64,000 nt of DNA from Candidatus Marinacidobacterales bacterium (GTDB lineage Bacteria > Acidobacteriota > Vicinamibacteria > Marinacidobacterales > DATDRI01): NCBI GenBank assembly GCA_965219415.1, contig CBDCNP010000002.1:4032001-4096000 (forward strand). Reading direction: 5' to 3'. Of the stretch, positions 51,486-61,543 are shown piece after piece (within the stretch, counting starts at the first letter, position 1; each line of letters begins with the position of its first letter). Both the position numbers and the translations under genes were made by a program. Below the pieces are notes generated by a model. That model made no database searches. It was not told where the DNA came from and was given only the letters and a program-made list of their open reading frames with translations.

Positions 51486-53254
51486 CGGCTTTTGTGTTTG
51501 CTCTCGCCACGGAGTCTTCGGGTTTCGTCCTCGTCGATCTCGTTTGCCGCCGTGATCGCGACGCGGTACACCTCGCAGGCGCGTTCCACTCTGACCCAAC
51601 CTTCGCGGACGTCGTGCAGGACCCGCAAGGGATCCCGCTCCTCTGGCGGTCCGTAGCCACCCCCGCCACAGCATTTCGAGACGATTCTTTCGCCGGGCTC
51701 GAGAGTGACACGGAATCCCCAGCCGAGATCTTCCGAGAGTTTGCCGTCCAGGCCGCGCTTCAACTGTGCAGCCGGTGCGCCGGTGCCACCTCCACGCACG
51801 CCACGCGAGGGGAAGTGGGTTCCATCGCTGCCGCCGATCACTTCGATGGGAGTATCCAGCGGCCCGAACTCGACGTAGGCGCCCGGCGCGCCTCGGAAGC
51901 GCCCTGCTCCCTCGCTGTCCGGGATCAAGCGCTCCTCGTGAATCATGATCGGGTGCCTGAGCTCATCCACCTCGATGCTATCTCGCATCATCGTCCCCGC
52001 CGACCCGATCCCGGCCAGCGTCAGCCAGCCGTCGGCTTTGGGTGCGCCCGCGCCGTGGGTGGTTCCGAGGACGAGACCATCCGCGAACCGGCGGTTACCG
52101 TGTCGCGGATCGATCCCCGAGATTTTGGCCCAAGCTGCCGGCAGTGTCGCACCGACCTCGGCCATTCCGTAGCCGTCACCGAGCTCGGCCATCGCCATCG
52201 TCACTTGTTTGGCAACGCGTTCAGCGAGATGGGTCGTGGCCAGCGAACAGCTGGTCGGGTGCCGAGGTATCCCCACGATACAGTTCTCGCGGAGGAGGAC
52301 CTCGACACGACGGAAACTTCCGGCATTCGTGGGCACGAACTCGTCGAGACTAGCAAAGACGCCGATCAATCCGGCGGTGGCGGCGGTGGCCTCGCTCAAG
52401 TTGAGGCCATTCGGCGCACAGTCGATATTGTCGCGAAGATCCACCTCGACCCTCCGCTCCTCCGGATCGACGCTGACGCCAACATTGAGTGGGATCCCCT
52501 CGGGAAAGCCCGGTACCGGGTCATAACGTCCGGACACGGTTACCGAGCCTGCTGGCAGGCGCGAGATAGCGCCAGCCATTCGCTGCTCGCTGTAATCCAG
52601 CCACTGCCGCGCATAACTTTCGAGGACCTCCGGTCCGACCTCGCGCAAGAGCTCCAACAAGTGTCTCTCGCCAATTCGCGCCGCGCCGACCAGGGCCTGA
52701 TAGTCGCCGTACCAAAGCTCCGGTATCCGGATCCGCATGCGGCACATGTTGATGATGTCGTCGATGTCCGCGTAGTCTTCTTGCACCTTGACCGCTGGGA
52801 AGATCAACGCGCCTTCCTCGTAGACGTCCCTAGCCCGGAAGTGACGCGTCGCGGGGATGGAGTTGCCGGTGTCCGCGAGGTGTCCCTTCGACAAGAGCGT
52901 GAAGCGGTGAACCCCCTCGTTATCGATCACCGGAACTAAGATGGCCCAGTCTGCAGCGTGTGAATTTCCATGGTAGGAGGAGTTGTGGAGGAACGCGTCG
53001 CCACGCCGAAAATCCGGATGGAGCTCGATCATCGATTTCGCCATCAGGTCCGCACCGCGGAATACGTGGATGGGAATGCTTTCATCGACCGCGAGCAACT
53101 CGCTTGCAGGTGTGAGGACGGCGCACGAGCAGTCGCGTGCGCCGGCGAGGATCACCGACCGTGCGCTTCTCCGCAGCGTATTGATCATCGCACGGATGAT
53201 GCCTTCGATGCGATTGTTCAGCAGGGCGAGCTCGATGGGCCCCAGGGTCTTCAT
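51482..53254 (-). CDS. Hydantoinase B/oxoprolinase family protein
   Basis: HNSSYHGNSH, GHLADTG, EGAGRFRG, GGGGYG. Confidence 0.92.
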   Translation of the reverse strand: MKTLGPIELALLNNRIEGIIRAMINTLRRSARSVILAGARDCSCAVLTPASELLAVDESIPIHVFRGADLMAKSMIELHPDFRRGDAFLHNSSYHGNSHAADWAILVPVIDNEGVHRFTLLSKGHLADTGNSIPATRHFRARDVYEEGALIFPAVKVQEDYADIDDIINMCRMRIRIPELWYGDYQALVGAARIGERHLLELLREVGPEVLESYARQWLDYSEQRMAGAISRLPAGSVTVSGRYDPVPGFPEGIPLNVGVSVDPEERRVEVDLRDNIDCAPNGLNLSEATAATAGLIGVFASLDEFVPTNAGSFRRVEVLLRENCIVGIPRHPTSCSLATTHLAERVAKQVTMAMAELGDGYGMAEVGATLPAAWAKISGIDPRHGNRRFADGLVLGTTHGAGAPKADGWLTLAGIGSAGTMMRDSIEVDELRHPIMIHEERLIPDSEGAGRFRGAPGAYVEFGPLDTPIEVIGGSDGTHFPSRGVRGGGTGAPAAQLKRGLDGKLSEDLGWGFRVTLEPGERIVSKCCGGGGYGPPEERDPLRVLHDVREGWVRVERACEVYRVAITAANEIDEDETRRLRGESKHKSR

Positions 53255-54870
53255 AAGAAGCCCGCCGGCGCGTCCGGAGCCGACCAAACGGTCTGCCCAT
53301 CGATGGCGACGAGAGTGGGCGTCATCGACGGCCAGTCGTCCGGATCCTTGGTCAGCGGATTTTCACTCCACACGACGAAATCGGCAGCGGCGGCAGGCGC
53401 GATCGTGCCAACGTCGGCCCCGATGTAGACGCCCCCGGCGCGTGTTAACAATCCGATTGCCCGAGTCGGGTCGAGCGCCTCCTTGTCCCCCAAACTCGAG
53501 CCGTCCCAGGCCCGGCGCGTTACTGCGATCTTGGCGCCGAGAAGCGGCGGGCACGGAAGCGTGTCCGAGCCGGCGGCCACGTCGACGCCGAGCGACAGCA
53601 TACTGGCCAGCGGGTTCGAGCGACCGGCGAGCGGTCCCCATGCCTCGCGCATCTCCTCGACGAAGACGTATGCCAAGAGTGGCTGCACCGACACTCCGAT
53701 ACCCAGCTCCCGGCAAGCGAGCATGTCGCCGGTATCCATGAGGAAAGCGTGTGCGAGCGTCACCTGTCCGGGGGCCAGGGTCGCCCCTTCTCGACGAACA
53801 CTTCGAACCACGTCGATAACCGCTTCGATCGCCGCACCTCCCATCACATGAATGCAGAGGGGCCATCCTCGCTCCGCACAGAGCGAGGCGATGGTGCGGA
53901 GCTCCTCGTCGCTGTAGCGCGGCGTCCCTGGCTCGGCGAGCTCCTCGCCGGCCCTCATCCAGGAGCCCGAGAATTCGCCGTCAAGAAGCAGCTTGACCGC
54001 CCACGCCTGGAGGCGGTCGTCACCATCGAGCGGAAACGCCGCGCTGGCCAGAAGGCGAGCGAGTTCCTCCGCGAAAGAGCGTCGGTAGTCGAATCGGTTC
54101 ATCAGTCGAACGCGTTGCGGCAACGTGTCACGAGAGCGAGCTGTCTTATAAAGTTCCCACCCCTCGTCGAACCCAGCGGCCAGTCCGGGATCGACGATGG
54201 TCGTGATGCCCATCGCGAGCAGTTGAACGCAGGCGTCCTTGAGCAAAGCCAGCTCGTGCTCACGGTCTTCAGAGCCGAGACGGTAGAGATTGTCGTTGAC
54301 CGTTCGCACCGCCGGTCCGCTTAGGATTCTGGTCGTGCTGTCCCATTGACCGGATTGACCGGCCGGAAGCTCCTGAAGCTTGGCGGCAAGGGTCGAGGCC
54401 GCCAGGCGGTTCAGAACCGCGCGCTGCGGACGGCGGTAAAGGAAAACCGGATGAGCGGGTGCCGCCCGATCCAGTTCCTCGCTAGTGGGTAGCCGCTGCT
54501 CGGACAGATTCCGTTCGTGCCAGAGAGCGGTATCGCCGAAGGAACGGATCCACGTGCCCTCGGGGAGACGGCGAGCGTGGTCATTCACTGCTCCGAGCAC
54601 GTCAGCTAGGCTCCGAGCATCGCCTAGGTGCACCATAGCCAGGTCGTGGGCTACCTTCTGCAGGTGCATGTGCGTGTCGCAAAAACCCGGAAAAACGGTC
54701 GCCCCGCCCAGATCGGTGCGGCGCGTCTCCACGCTCGCCATTCTTTCGAGCTCCTCCCGTTCACCGACCGCCGCGAAGCGACCGTCGGCGATGGCGAGGG
54801 CGTCCGCGCTGGGTCGACTCGGATCGAACGTTTCGACGTGCGCGTTGAACAATAGCCAATCAACGTCCAT
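53251..54870 (-). CDS. Amidohydrolase 3 (YtcJ-like)
   Basis: PGFCDTHMH, KLLLDG, IHVMG, GSD. Confidence 0.88.
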   Translation of the reverse strand: MDVDWLLFNAHVETFDPSRPSADALAIADGRFAAVGEREELERMASVETRRTDLGGATVFPGFCDTHMHLQKVAHDLAMVHLGDARSLADVLGAVNDHARRLPEGTWIRSFGDTALWHERNLSEQRLPTSEELDRAAPAHPVFLYRRPQRAVLNRLAASTLAAKLQELPAGQSGQWDSTTRILSGPAVRTVNDNLYRLGSEDREHELALLKDACVQLLAMGITTIVDPGLAAGFDEGWELYKTARSRDTLPQRVRLMNRFDYRRSFAEELARLLASAAFPLDGDDRLQAWAVKLLLDGEFSGSWMRAGEELAEPGTPRYSDEELRTIASLCAERGWPLCIHVMGGAAIEAVIDVVRSVRREGATLAPGQVTLAHAFLMDTGDMLACRELGIGVSVQPLLAYVFVEEMREAWGPLAGRSNPLASMLSLGVDVAAGSDTLPCPPLLGAKIAVTRRAWDGSSLGDKEALDPTRAIGLLTRAGGVYIGADVGTIAPAAAADFVVWSENPLTKDPDDWPSMTPTLVAIDGQTVWSAPDAPAGFL

Positions 54871-54883
54871 TGGCGTTTCTCTA

Positions 54884-56209
54884 TCAGGCTACCGAGCGCG
54901 AGCGGTCGGTCGAAAGATCGGCGGAGGTGGGTGTCGAGTGCGGAGAATAGGGCATCACCAGCGCCACCGCGGCGGTGACTGCTTGGGCGGCCATCACGTA
55001 GAACGGAATCCATCCGCCGAGTTCCTTCGAGATGAGCGCCGTGGCGACGAGGGGCGCGGTGCCTCCGAAAACCGCGACCGTCACCGCGTAGGGGAAGCCG
55101 ATGCCGGTGGAACGAACCTCGGCGGGGAACTGCTCGGCCTGCACCGCGGCGAGCACCGCCCCAACGCTCGCGAGAAGCAACGAGCCGGTTACTGCCGCGA
55201 CGAGATACCAGCCGAAGGAGCCAGTTTGGGCCACTCGCAGCAGCGGCCATGCCAGAAGCACGAACCCCAAGGCGTGTCCTACCAACAACGGCTTCGGCCC
55301 GATGACGCGATCGGAAAGCTGCGCCATCAGTGGGACGACGAGGATAAACAAGATCAGCGCGATGAGGTTACCAGTGAGACCCCGATGTAGCGGCAGACCG
55401 CCGACGAGGAAGGCATAGGTAGGCAGGAACGACATCCAGATGTAGTAAGTGACGGTGACGCCAACGCTCAGCCCCGCCACGCGTAACGATTCCTTCGGGT
55501 ACCGGCGTACGACTTGCACCAGCGGGTGGCGCGCCACGCGGCCGGCCCGCTCTACTTGCCTGAACTCAGCGGTCTCTCGCATCGAGACGCGAAGGTAAAG
55601 GACAAAGCCGGCCATCACTCCCCCGAGCAAGAAGGGCAACCTCCAACCCCACTCCCCCAGCGCGGGTTGTGGAATCCACGAGGCCGTTGCCGCCGCCGCG
55701 CCCGTTGCGAAAAGAGTGCCCAACCCGGCACCGACGTGCTGAAGAGAGCCGGCCGACGCCCGTCGGCCCGGACCGCCGTGCTCGACCAACAAAGCGCTCG
55801 CTCCACCCCACTCCGCCCCGGCCGAGACGCCTTGGACCAGACGGAATACCACAAGGATCAACGGGGCTGCGATCCCGATCGTTCTGTAGTTCGGCGTCAG
55901 CCCGATCCCCAGGCTCGCCAGGCACATCGTTCCTACCGTCAGAGCGAGCAGTTTCTTTCGGCCGAAACGGTCCCCGTAGGGTGATAGGAATACGCCGCCG
56001 AGAGGGCGAGCGACAAACCCGAGTGCGAACGTGAGAAAGGTAAGAAGGAGCGCGGTTCGCGCGTCCTGCTCGGGGAAAAACTGGGACGCGAACACCGGCG
56101 CCAGGAGCCCGTAGATGGCCCAGTCGTACCATTCGATAAGATTGCCCATCGCTCCGGCGGCGACATCACGCCAGCGTCTGGTCTGAGCGACGCTCGATGG
56201 TTCGGACAT
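54884..56209 (-). CDS. MFS transporter, MHS (metabolite:H+ symporter) family
   Basis: GNLIEWYDW, ARPLGG, QGVSAGAEWGG, WGWR.PF. Confidence 0.92.
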   Translation of the reverse strand: MSEPSSVAQTRRWRDVAAGAMGNLIEWYDWAIYGLLAPVFASQFFPEQDARTALLLTFLTFALGFVARPLGGVFLSPYGDRFGRKKLLALTVGTMCLASLGIGLTPNYRTIGIAAPLILVVFRLVQGVSAGAEWGGASALLVEHGGPGRRASAGSLQHVGAGLGTLFATGAAAATASWIPQPALGEWGWRLPFLLGGVMAGFVLYLRVSMRETAEFRQVERAGRVARHPLVQVVRRYPKESLRVAGLSVGVTVTYYIWMSFLPTYAFLVGGLPLHRGLTGNLIALILFILVVPLMAQLSDRVIGPKPLLVGHALGFVLLAWPLLRVAQTGSFGWYLVAAVTGSLLLASVGAVLAAVQAEQFPAEVRSTGIGFPYAVTVAVFGGTAPLVATALISKELGGWIPFYVMAAQAVTAAVALVMPYSPHSTPTSADLSTDRSRSVA

Positions 56210-56222
56210 GGCGGCCGGTTCT

Positions 56223-57395
56223 CTAGCCGGATTGTTTCACCGCTGCGACGAGGTCGTACAGTATCTCGTCGCCTTTGCTCCAATCGAACCAGCGCAGAAC
56301 GAAAACGAGGCCATTCTCCGGATCCACCCAAACGATCCCCGACCCGGCGCCACGCGCCGCGAAGCTCGTTCGCGGAGCCCGAGGCCAATTCTTGCCCTCG
56401 GTGTTGACCCACCACATATAGCCGTACTCGTAGTCAGGATAGACATCGCAAGGGACCAAAGCCGCATCGATCCACTGCTCGGACAAGAGTTGCTGGTCCT
56501 TCCACTTGCCCCGTCGGAGATGTAGATAGCCGAAACGTGCCAGGTCGCGCGTACTCATCCACACGCCACCGCCCCAGTGACCTCCCCCGCTGACGGACAG
56601 CATCTTCTCTCCATCCACATCCACCTGGGAGTTCCGGTAACCGTGCCACTGCCAAGTATCGGACGCGTCGATGGGATCCATGACGTATTCCTTCAGGACA
56701 TCGGGTAACGGCTGCTGCCACAATCGGAGCAGCGCCAAGGAGAGACGGTTGACGCGCACGTCGTTATGTCCGAGAACGGCACCGGGCTCTCGACGTACGT
56801 GCCCCGGCTTCTCCTCGGCCCAGTGCGGCTTGTCGAAGAGTGTCCCCTCCCACTCGCTCGTCTGCTGCAGGAAGTGGTGCCAGGTGATCTTGGCGTTGTG
56901 CGGAGAATCGAAACCGCCGTCATCGACGGTCTTCTTCACCGGATCATGGAAGTTCTCGATGAGCCCCTGGTCGAAAGCCAGGCCCGCGGTGGTGGCAAGA
57001 AAGCTTTTCGTGATGCTGAAGCCCATGTCGACACGCCTCGTGTCGCCGAACTCGGCCACGATGTAGCCATCCCGGAGAACGATGCCGTTGACTTCGGCTC
57101 GTTCCTTAGTGGGGCCGATGAGCTCGTTATGAGGCTCCTCGGCGATGCGGATGCGCATCATCTCCGCGGGATCCATCGGAATGTCGGCTGCGTACTTTTT
57201 CGTGGTCGCCATCGCCTTGGCGATTCCTTCGCTGGTCATCCCAACCTCTTCGGGCGCCTTTTGGATCCAGGCATCGCCGGGGCCTGGAAAATAGACCTCT
57301 GGCGTGGGATCGGGTTGGGGTTGGGGTTGGGGTTGGGATGCGCAAGCGATCGCGATCGTCAGGATCGACGTCGGCAAGAGGAACTTCCGAGCCAT
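56223..57395 (-). CDS. Serine hydrolase (beta-lactamase family) lipoprotein with a QP linker
   Basis: AIAC lipobox, (QP)n, SITK motif, DLARFG. Confidence 0.88.
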   Translation of the reverse strand: MARKFLLPTSILTIAIACASQPQPQPQPDPTPEVYFPGPGDAWIQKAPEEVGMTSEGIAKAMATTKKYAADIPMDPAEMMRIRIAEEPHNELIGPTKERAEVNGIVLRDGYIVAEFGDTRRVDMGFSITKSFLATTAGLAFDQGLIENFHDPVKKTVDDGGFDSPHNAKITWHHFLQQTSEWEGTLFDKPHWAEEKPGHVRREPGAVLGHNDVRVNRLSLALLRLWQQPLPDVLKEYVMDPIDASDTWQWHGYRNSQVDVDGEKMLSVSGGGHWGGGVWMSTRDLARFGYLHLRRGKWKDQQLLSEQWIDAALVPCDVYPDYEYGYMWWVNTEGKNWPRAPRTSFAARGAGSGIVWVDPENGLVFVLRWFDWSKGDEILYDLVAAVKQSG

Positions 57396-57531
57396 GGCCC
57401 GGCAAGTCTGCCACCGAGGCTCGAGGAAAACAAGGTCTTCTTCTTGGGAAAAAGTTCCGTTTTCTGATATCTAGCGGAGCAGGAGGTATACGACGTCCCG
57501 TCCCGCGAGCCTCATAGTCGCTGGTCTCATC

Positions 57532-58962
57532 ATGCTTTGGGCAACGTCTCTCAGAGGCCAGACGCCAGGCCCCTCTCAAGAGATCGCCACCCGCATCATC
57601 GACGCGGCGCGAGCGAACACGAGCGTCATCGAGATCACGCAACACCTCACCGATTGGATCGGTCCCCGTCTGGCGGGATCCGAGCAAGAGCAGAAGGCGA
57701 TTCGATGGACCGCGGAGAGGATGCGTGCGGACGGACTATCCAACGTCCGTTTGCAGCCGGTCATGGTCCCGCGCTGGGTCCGAGGTGTCGAGACGGGTGA
57801 GCTCTTGAGCCCTTCGAATCAACGACTCCCTTTTACCGCACTTGGGGGAAGCGTCGCAACGCCGCCCGAGGGGATCACCGCCGAAGTGGTCGAAATCACA
57901 CGTTTCGATCAGCTCAACGATATCGTCAGAGGCAAGATCGTCTATTACCACACGCCCTTGGATCCTTCTCTCGAGCCCATGAACGCGTACGGCAGGGTGA
58001 TTCGTTTTCGCGCAGTCACGGTGCCGTCGAAGCGGCGCGTTTCGGTGCCGTGGCGGCTCTGATCCGATCGACCGGCACCCGCAGCGTGGGCGCGCCGCAT
58101 ACCGGCTCGATGTATTACGCCGACGACGCACCGCGCATCCCGAATGCCGCGGTCAACGTGGAGTCGGGTGATCTATTGCATAGGCTGTTGCAGCGGGCGA
58201 GAGACCTCGGGTGCGAATCGTCCTCACTCCCCGCTCGGAAGGCGAGGTCGAGTCGGCCAACGTGATCGGCGAGCTCTCAGGGACAGATCGTCCGGACGAG
58301 ATCGTCGTCATCGGGACGCACCTCGATTCGTGGGATCTAGGAAGCGCCGCCGTCGACAACGCCGCCGGGTGTGCGATTTCGATGGAGGTGCCGAGGCTCC
58401 TCAAAGAGCTCGGCCTCGTTCCACGGCGCACCATCCGCGTTGTTCTCTACACGGGTGAGGAGATCGGTAATCTCGGCGGTGAGCGCTACGCGACACTCAC
58501 GGACGATGAGCTCCGCGCGCACGTCGCAGCCCTCGAGGGCGATCAGGGACCCGACGATCCCTTCGGTTTCCGCGTCAGTCGAGGCGAACTCATTTTGGGA
58601 ACGGGCCCGGTCCCCGATTCGGGAGACCCTGGTCTCGAAACGGCACGAGCCACTTTGGAGCAATGGGCGCGCGTCCTCGAGCCGGTGGGGGCGTCGCGGG
58701 TGGATGTCGGCGGTATTCAGGGAATGGGTGCGGACATCTCACCGCTGGCAAGAAAGGGTGTCCTCGGAGTGGCGCTACGTACCGACCAGTCCCGCTATAT
58801 AATGCTCCACCACACCGACGCGGACACGTGTTCGACAAGATCAAGCCCGACGCGGTGAGGAGGAATCTGGCGGCGCTGGCCTTCATGACGTATGCGCTGG
58901 CGAATGCGCCGGAGAGTTTCCACGAGGCCTTGCGGTCAGACCATGCCAGATCCGAAAGATGA
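57532..58962 (+). pseudogene. M28 (carboxypeptidase Q-like) peptidase with about 3 frameshifts
   Basis: IGPRLAGS, PHTG, HLDSWD, GEE, HHTDAD, FDK split across frames near 58015, 58200 and 58830. Confidence 0.85.
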
Positions 58963-58977
58963 CAAGGGGACAACTTT

Positions 58978-60396
58978 TTGATCCTGACAGTTCTTATTCT
59001 GGGTAGCCTTGCCCAAGTTGAATCGGCGCTGGTTGCCGACGCCAAAGCCACCGCGCGAGCGGACGACGGCAGATTCATTTCCTGGCGCGAGCACATCATC
59101 GATGACCCGCGAATCGGTGCGTTGCCGGATCTTGCCGGAAGCGACGGTCTGGCGATGGGTGATTTGAATGCGGACGGCTTTGAGGACGTCGTGTCCGTGC
59201 ACGAATCCGACATCGTCTACGACGGCAGTCCGGTTGGCTATGTTCGAATCGCCTGGGGCACAGGCGATCCCACACGCTGGCATCTGTCTACTTTGGCATC
59301 GGGTCCCGAGGCGGCCGCGGCCGAGGATGTTTCTATCGCAGATGCTAACGGTGATGGTCACCTAGACGTCCTGGTAGCTTACGAGCTCGCCCATCTAATC
59401 TACTTCGAAAACCCCGGGACCAATGCCCAGAATTCTCGATGGGAGCGAGTGATCCCGCCGATAACGTCCGATCGTGGTTCTTACATTCGGGCTTTCTTTG
59501 CCGACTTTGATAACGACGGACGTCCGGAAGTGGTGGCTGCCAACAAAGGCGATCAAAGCGCCGGAGAGGATGTTACCGAGCGAAGAAATATTTCCGTTTT
59601 CATCTTGCCCGAAAAACCACTGAAGGGAACTTTGTGGCGCGAGCAGGTGCTCGGCAAGGTTCGCGTACCCATCAATTCAGAGCCGGTCGACCTGGACGGC
59701 GACGGGGATCTCGATGTCGTCGCCGGTTCCCGCGGGGAACGGCGGATACTCTGGTTCGAGAACCTCGGTGAGATGCAATTCGCCGAACATGCTATTGAAG
59801 TCTCCGGTACTCCGGAAGACCTCAGGATCACAGGCTTCAACATGGATTACGCAGACATAGATGGCGATGGTCGCCTTGATATCGTCGTCAATGCTTGGCT
59901 GGACTCGCTGGTCTGGTTAAAGCACCCGACTGGATTCGATGGACCGTGGGAACTGTATCTGATAGGTACTTTCACGCCGGACCAACTGGTGAGCGTCCGC
60001 CTTGTAGACGTCGATGGAGACGGTGATCTCGATGCTTTTGCCGGCGCATACAGTAGGGGCCCTAGAGATGCAGATGGTGCGCACATCGGTCGTGACGATC
60101 CTATTGGACGCATCGGATGGTTTGAGAATCTGGGTGCTGAACCAGATAAACGGTGGCAACGTCACGACGTGTCACGCCGAAAGCGTGGCATGTACGACAA
60201 ATGGCTGGCCCGTGATTTGGACGGGGACGGCGATCTGGACATGATCGGCACCCGAGGAAACAGTTATCCATACGATGGGGTTATTTGGTTGGAGCAGGTT
60301 CGCACCGACGAGGCACAGCTTGTTTTTCAGCAAGGCCGTGATGAGGATAGTCAGCAGATGCCGCTACCCTCGGGCGAGTCAGGTGTGAAGAATTGA
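58978..60396 (+). CDS. Exported FG-GAP/VCBS repeat protein
   Basis: Seven DxDxDGxxD motifs and WFEN repeats; start uncertain. Confidence 0.85.
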   Translation: MILTVLILGSLAQVESALVADAKATARADDGRFISWREHIIDDPRIGALPDLAGSDGLAMGDLNADGFEDVVSVHESDIVYDGSPVGYVRIAWGTGDPTRWHLSTLASGPEAAAAEDVSIADANGDGHLDVLVAYELAHLIYFENPGTNAQNSRWERVIPPITSDRGSYIRAFFADFDNDGRPEVVAANKGDQSAGEDVTERRNISVFILPEKPLKGTLWREQVLGKVRVPINSEPVDLDGDGDLDVVAGSRGERRILWFENLGEMQFAEHAIEVSGTPEDLRITGFNMDYADIDGDGRLDIVVNAWLDSLVWLKHPTGFDGPWELYLIGTFTPDQLVSVRLVDVDGDGDLDAFAGAYSRGPRDADGAHIGRDDPIGRIGWFENLGAEPDKRWQRHDVSRRKRGMYDKWLARDLDGDGDLDMIGTRGNSYPYDGVIWLEQVRTDEAQLVFQQGRDEDSQQMPLPSGESGVKN

Positions 60397-60411
60397 CGAG
60401 CGTAGACCCAG

Positions 60412-60675
60412 TTAGGATTTGCGGATAGACCGCTCGATCACGGAACGATGCTCCTGCCAGTCTGGCTCCACGCCCTTTTCGCGTTTGTCGCACGCAGCGA
60501 AGAACGCTCGCAAGCCCTTGACGGTGGTCAATTGCAGGCGACGCTCCTGAACCGCGAGTCTCTCCCGGCCCGCTTCTCGCAACCACGCACTCAATGGGAT
60601 CCCCTCCAGAGCGGCCGCCTCCCGAAAAAGCTCTCTCTCCTCATCGTCCAGGATCAGTTGAACCCTGCTAGCCAT
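60412..60675 (-). CDS. RHH/CopG-like putative antitoxin, orphan
   Basis: RVQLIL..EERELFREAA..EGIPLSAWLREA; AGGAG RBS. Confidence 0.6.
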   Translation of the reverse strand: MASRVQLILDDEERELFREAAALEGIPLSAWLREAGRERLAVQERRLQLTTVKGLRAFFAACDKREKGVEPDWQEHRSVIERSIRKS

Positions 60676-60779
60676 CAGTGTCGACTCCTCTTATCTAGCT
60701 GGAACCATATTACACCCACTCACCGAACGATTAGCTGACGAGCCTCGGAGAGTTTCTTACAATGTCGCGCTCTGATACA

Positions 60780-61505
60780 CTAGAGGGGCTGAAAGGTGGC
60801 TCTTACCCAGGCGTAGTAAACGCTGGTGATCGACTCGAAACCAGAATCGGTGCCGACGAAGAGCCATACGGCTCCCGAGCCGTCCGCGGTCACCTCGATC
60901 TCCTCCGAGTCGCTCGCGAGTTGCTTGAGCTCCCATTGTGGCGGTTCGCCGCAAGGGATCGAGTTCGCCACGTCGCCAATCGCAAGGGCGTCCTCACCAC
61001 CGTTCGTCTGCAGCCCTTTGTTCACATTCGTGAGCCAGAACCCGCCTTCGTCCATCCGGGTGGGTTCGACTTCGGAGGCCCCCGCCTTCACGGTCACGCC
61101 CTCGCCGGTAGCTCCACCCACACCGATGCATCCGTTCGGAACCGACGTGGCGAACTCCACACCAAAACTGAACCCGATAGCGCGTGTCGGGGGCGAGAGT
61201 CCGGCGATCTGCCCTTTGTAGTACATCCACAGGTCGTCGCTCCGGTTTACCCCGGAAATAAATAGGCCGTTACCGGACCCGCTCAAAGGCTCGGGAAGAG
61301 CGCGGTAGTCGGTAACGAGCTGGTAGAACTCGTCCTCCCCAACCGGATAGTCGGCGAAATCGCCTACCCATCCTCGGTCGGTCTGGCGAAAGTCGAGCGC
61401 GACGGTGATCGCCTCTTCCTCGGAGCAGGCGGTGCTCGCGGCGGCGAGAAAAAGCATGACGCCTAGGAGGCGGCGAGAGCGAAACTTCGCTGCTTGTTTT
61501 GTCAT
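60780..61505 (-). CDS. Hypothetical lipoprotein
   Basis: STAC lipobox after a hydrophobic stretch; WVGDFADYP, NRSDDL. Confidence 0.75.
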   Translation of the reverse strand: MTKQAAKFRSRRLLGVMLFLAAASTACSEEEAITVALDFRQTDRGWVGDFADYPVGEDEFYQLVTDYRALPEPLSGSGNGLFISGVNRSDDLWMYYKGQIAGLSPPTRAIGFSFGVEFATSVPNGCIGVGGATGEGVTVKAGASEVEPTRMDEGGFWLTNVNKGLQTNGGEDALAIGDVANSIPCGEPPQWELKQLASDSEEIEVTADGSGAVWLFVGTDSGFESITSVYYAWVRATFQPL

Positions 61506-61543
61506 GAGGGCGGTTGGCTGGGTGGGTCCGTCCCTGAGACTCT

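Noticed and set aside
57310-57337. (GGTTGG)n tandem repeat as a regulatory or contingency repeat
   Set aside because: Encodes an in-frame Gln-Pro linker; unit changes keep the frame
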